A stretch of DNA of 64,000 nucleotides from Tortispora ganteri (Eukaryota), in NCBI GenBank assembly GCA_003707115.1, contig PPNB01000014.1, forward strand, positions 1 to 64,000, written 5' to 3'. The position numbers and the translations under genes are program-made. Of this stretch, positions 62,395-64,000 are shown one piece after another. Positions within the stretch are counted from its first letter, which is position 1. The number at the start of each line of letters is the position of its first letter. The notes below the pieces were generated by a model. That model searched no databases and was not told the origin of the DNA. It saw nothing but the letters and a program-made list of their open reading frames with translations.

Positions 62395-62580
62395 TTACTC
62401 TTCCGCTGCAGCGGCCTTAGCGGCGGCTTCATTGCGGTACCAAGCGTCACGAATAGCGACACTTTTCTTGTGATATCCGTACCAGAAGTAGTAGGCTAAT
62501 CCAAAGCCGAGACCAAGACCAAGGGTCAAGTCTCTGAAAAAAGCCTTCTTTAAAGTTCCAGTAATTGGTGCAACAGCCAT
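62395..62580 (-). CDS. COX9: Cytochrome c oxidase subunit 9 (yeast VIIa)
   Basis: MAVAPITGTLKK..D..LG.G.G..Y.FWYGYH pattern. Confidence 0.92.
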   Translation of the reverse strand: MAVAPITGTLKKAFFRDLTLGLGLGFGLAYYFWYGYHKKSVAIRDAWYRNEAAAKAAAAEE

Positions 62581-62862
62581 TTTGCAGTCTTTCTTTGTAT
62601 TTACTTGTATGTATTAGGAAAAGGAAGTGAAATGGTGCGTTTTCGAAGCAGTATCATAGGGCATCAGTTGCCACAGTAACAGAGACACAAATCTGGCATG
62701 AGTTACCTGCTCAGCCGCGGTACCAGTAACGTGTAAGTTCTACGGCTACTTGAGTGCGTATAAACGTTAGTATATATATGACTATTTTATGTCCGATAAG
62801 TTCCAGCAGAAATAGATTTGACACCTGTAGTAGTTGTTGTTGCTGCTGCTGCGCGGGGAAGC

Positions 62863-63636
62863 TTACAAAGCACCGCGTTCCTTAAGTTTGGCAATGAGCT
62901 CGTCCACGGAGCCGACCTTGATTCCAGCGGGTCTGGGAGGAGGCTCAGAAACAGAAATGGTCTCTAAACGGCCGGCGATATCTACGCCAAGGTCAGCAGG
63001 CTTGACGGTCTTGAGAGGCTTCTTCTTGGCTTTCATAATGTTGGGCAGAGTGGCATAGCGGGGAGTGTTGAGACGAAGGTCGGTAGTGATGATCAGGGGA
63101 AGAGACGCCGAGACAGTTTCAAAACCACCGTCAACTTCGTGCTCAACCGTGACCTCGCCAGTTGACTCGTTGATGTCGACTTTAGAGGCAGCGGTGACCT
63201 GGGGCCAGTTTAAGAGGCCGGCAAGCATCTGGCCGGTGTGGTTCGAGTCATCGTCAATAGCCTGCTTTCCCAGAATGATGAGGTTACTTTTGTCTTCTTC
63301 GGCGAGCTTTGCGAGCATCTTCGCAACAGTTAGAGGTTCAACTATGGCGTCGCCAACGTCTATGAGAGTAGAGGTATCGCAGCCTTTCGCAAGCGACTGC
63401 CTCAACACCTCCTGCGCCTTCGAGGAGCCGGCAGAAACAACGTGGATAGACTCAACGGCAGCCTTTTTAGCTTCCTTGATTTTTACAGCCTCCTCCACGG
63501 CGATATCGTCGAAGGGATTGATGGAAAATTTGACGCCAGTGGTTTCGACGCCGGTTTTGGCGCTGTTGACTCGAGGCTTAACGGCGAAATCGATGGCCCG
63601 CTTGACGGGGACCATGATACGTAATTTTGACGACAT
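62863..63636 (-). CDS. CIR1: Electron transfer flavoprotein beta subunit
   Basis: VPVKRAID, NPFDDIAVEEA, GKQAIDDD and DLRLNTPRYATLPNIMKAKKK motifs. Confidence 0.97.
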   Translation of the reverse strand: MSSKLRIMVPVKRAIDFAVKPRVNSAKTGVETTGVKFSINPFDDIAVEEAVKIKEAKKAAVESIHVVSAGSSKAQEVLRQSLAKGCDTSTLIDVGDAIVEPLTVAKMLAKLAEEDKSNLIILGKQAIDDDSNHTGQMLAGLLNWPQVTAASKVDINESTGEVTVEHEVDGGFETVSASLPLIITTDLRLNTPRYATLPNIMKAKKKPLKTVKPADLGVDIAGRLETISVSEPPPRPAGIKVGSVDELIAKLKERGAL

Positions 63637-64000
63637 TAGATATTTTTTGGATGCTCAAAGGATCGTTTCTTAAGGGAAAAAAGTCGGTTACGGACCAGGA
63701 GTATGTCAATGTTGAAGATATAGACCTCGGTTACTTCGTGTTTAAAGGGTTAGAAGTTATTAATCCGGGGTCGGAGCGACTGCGGTGTGTGCAATGGCAG
63801 GGTAACTCTGCTCATCGGGAGGAGGCGGCGTTTTTGACGAAATTTGTTGGGAATTGCCATGGTTACACATAATTACTGGTGCCTTGAGGATGTCTCCCAA
63901 TAAAGGCTATCTATGTCGTATTTAACAAGTGTTACCCCAGACTAAATTCGGTCAGACGACGCAATGGATCGGATATCACCTTCAGATCGTGAGGTCCTTT

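Noticed and set aside
62826..62851. GTT/GCT trinucleotide run after the ETF-beta stop, and the TG run near 26915
   Set aside because: Short microsatellites with no evidence of function.
63065..63673. Long antisense ORFs (for example 63065-63673, 26264-26836 and 4021-4476)
   Set aside because: They mirror real genes on the opposite strand and give Ser-rich shadow translations caused by codon bias.

Overview
This is gene-dense, intron-poor fungal nuclear DNA: about 42 protein-coding genes in 64 kb, or one per ~1.5 kb, and only three supportable introns (46-63 nt). CTG reads as Leu in the conserved PP1 sequence. Complex I genes (NDUFS3, CIA30) are retained, along with btb1/IBTK, a Cid13/CutA-like nucleotidyltransferase and PYD3. 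Together these suggest an early-diverging budding yeast (Saccharomycotina); that placement is inference. Most genes are housekeeping, including NOT4, PDE2, VTS1, TFC4, GLC7, RPL29, RPL12, SAR1, eIF3a, ADE1, TOM70, COX9 and ETF-beta. One spliced gene, MRPL39, is absent from the ORF track, and two others (an Rdx/SelW-like gene and a UBX7-like gene) need an intron to be complete. I recognised no tRNA, rRNA, transposon or CRISPR. I did not find a clearly novel multi-gene system. The best leads are cis-regulatory patterns (strand-specific C-rich upstream tracts, Homol-D plus TAGGG at ribosomal protein genes, Puf3 sites, Ace2 and GATA clusters), a candidate C/U-tailing enzyme, extremely tight gene packing and five uncharacterised proteins.
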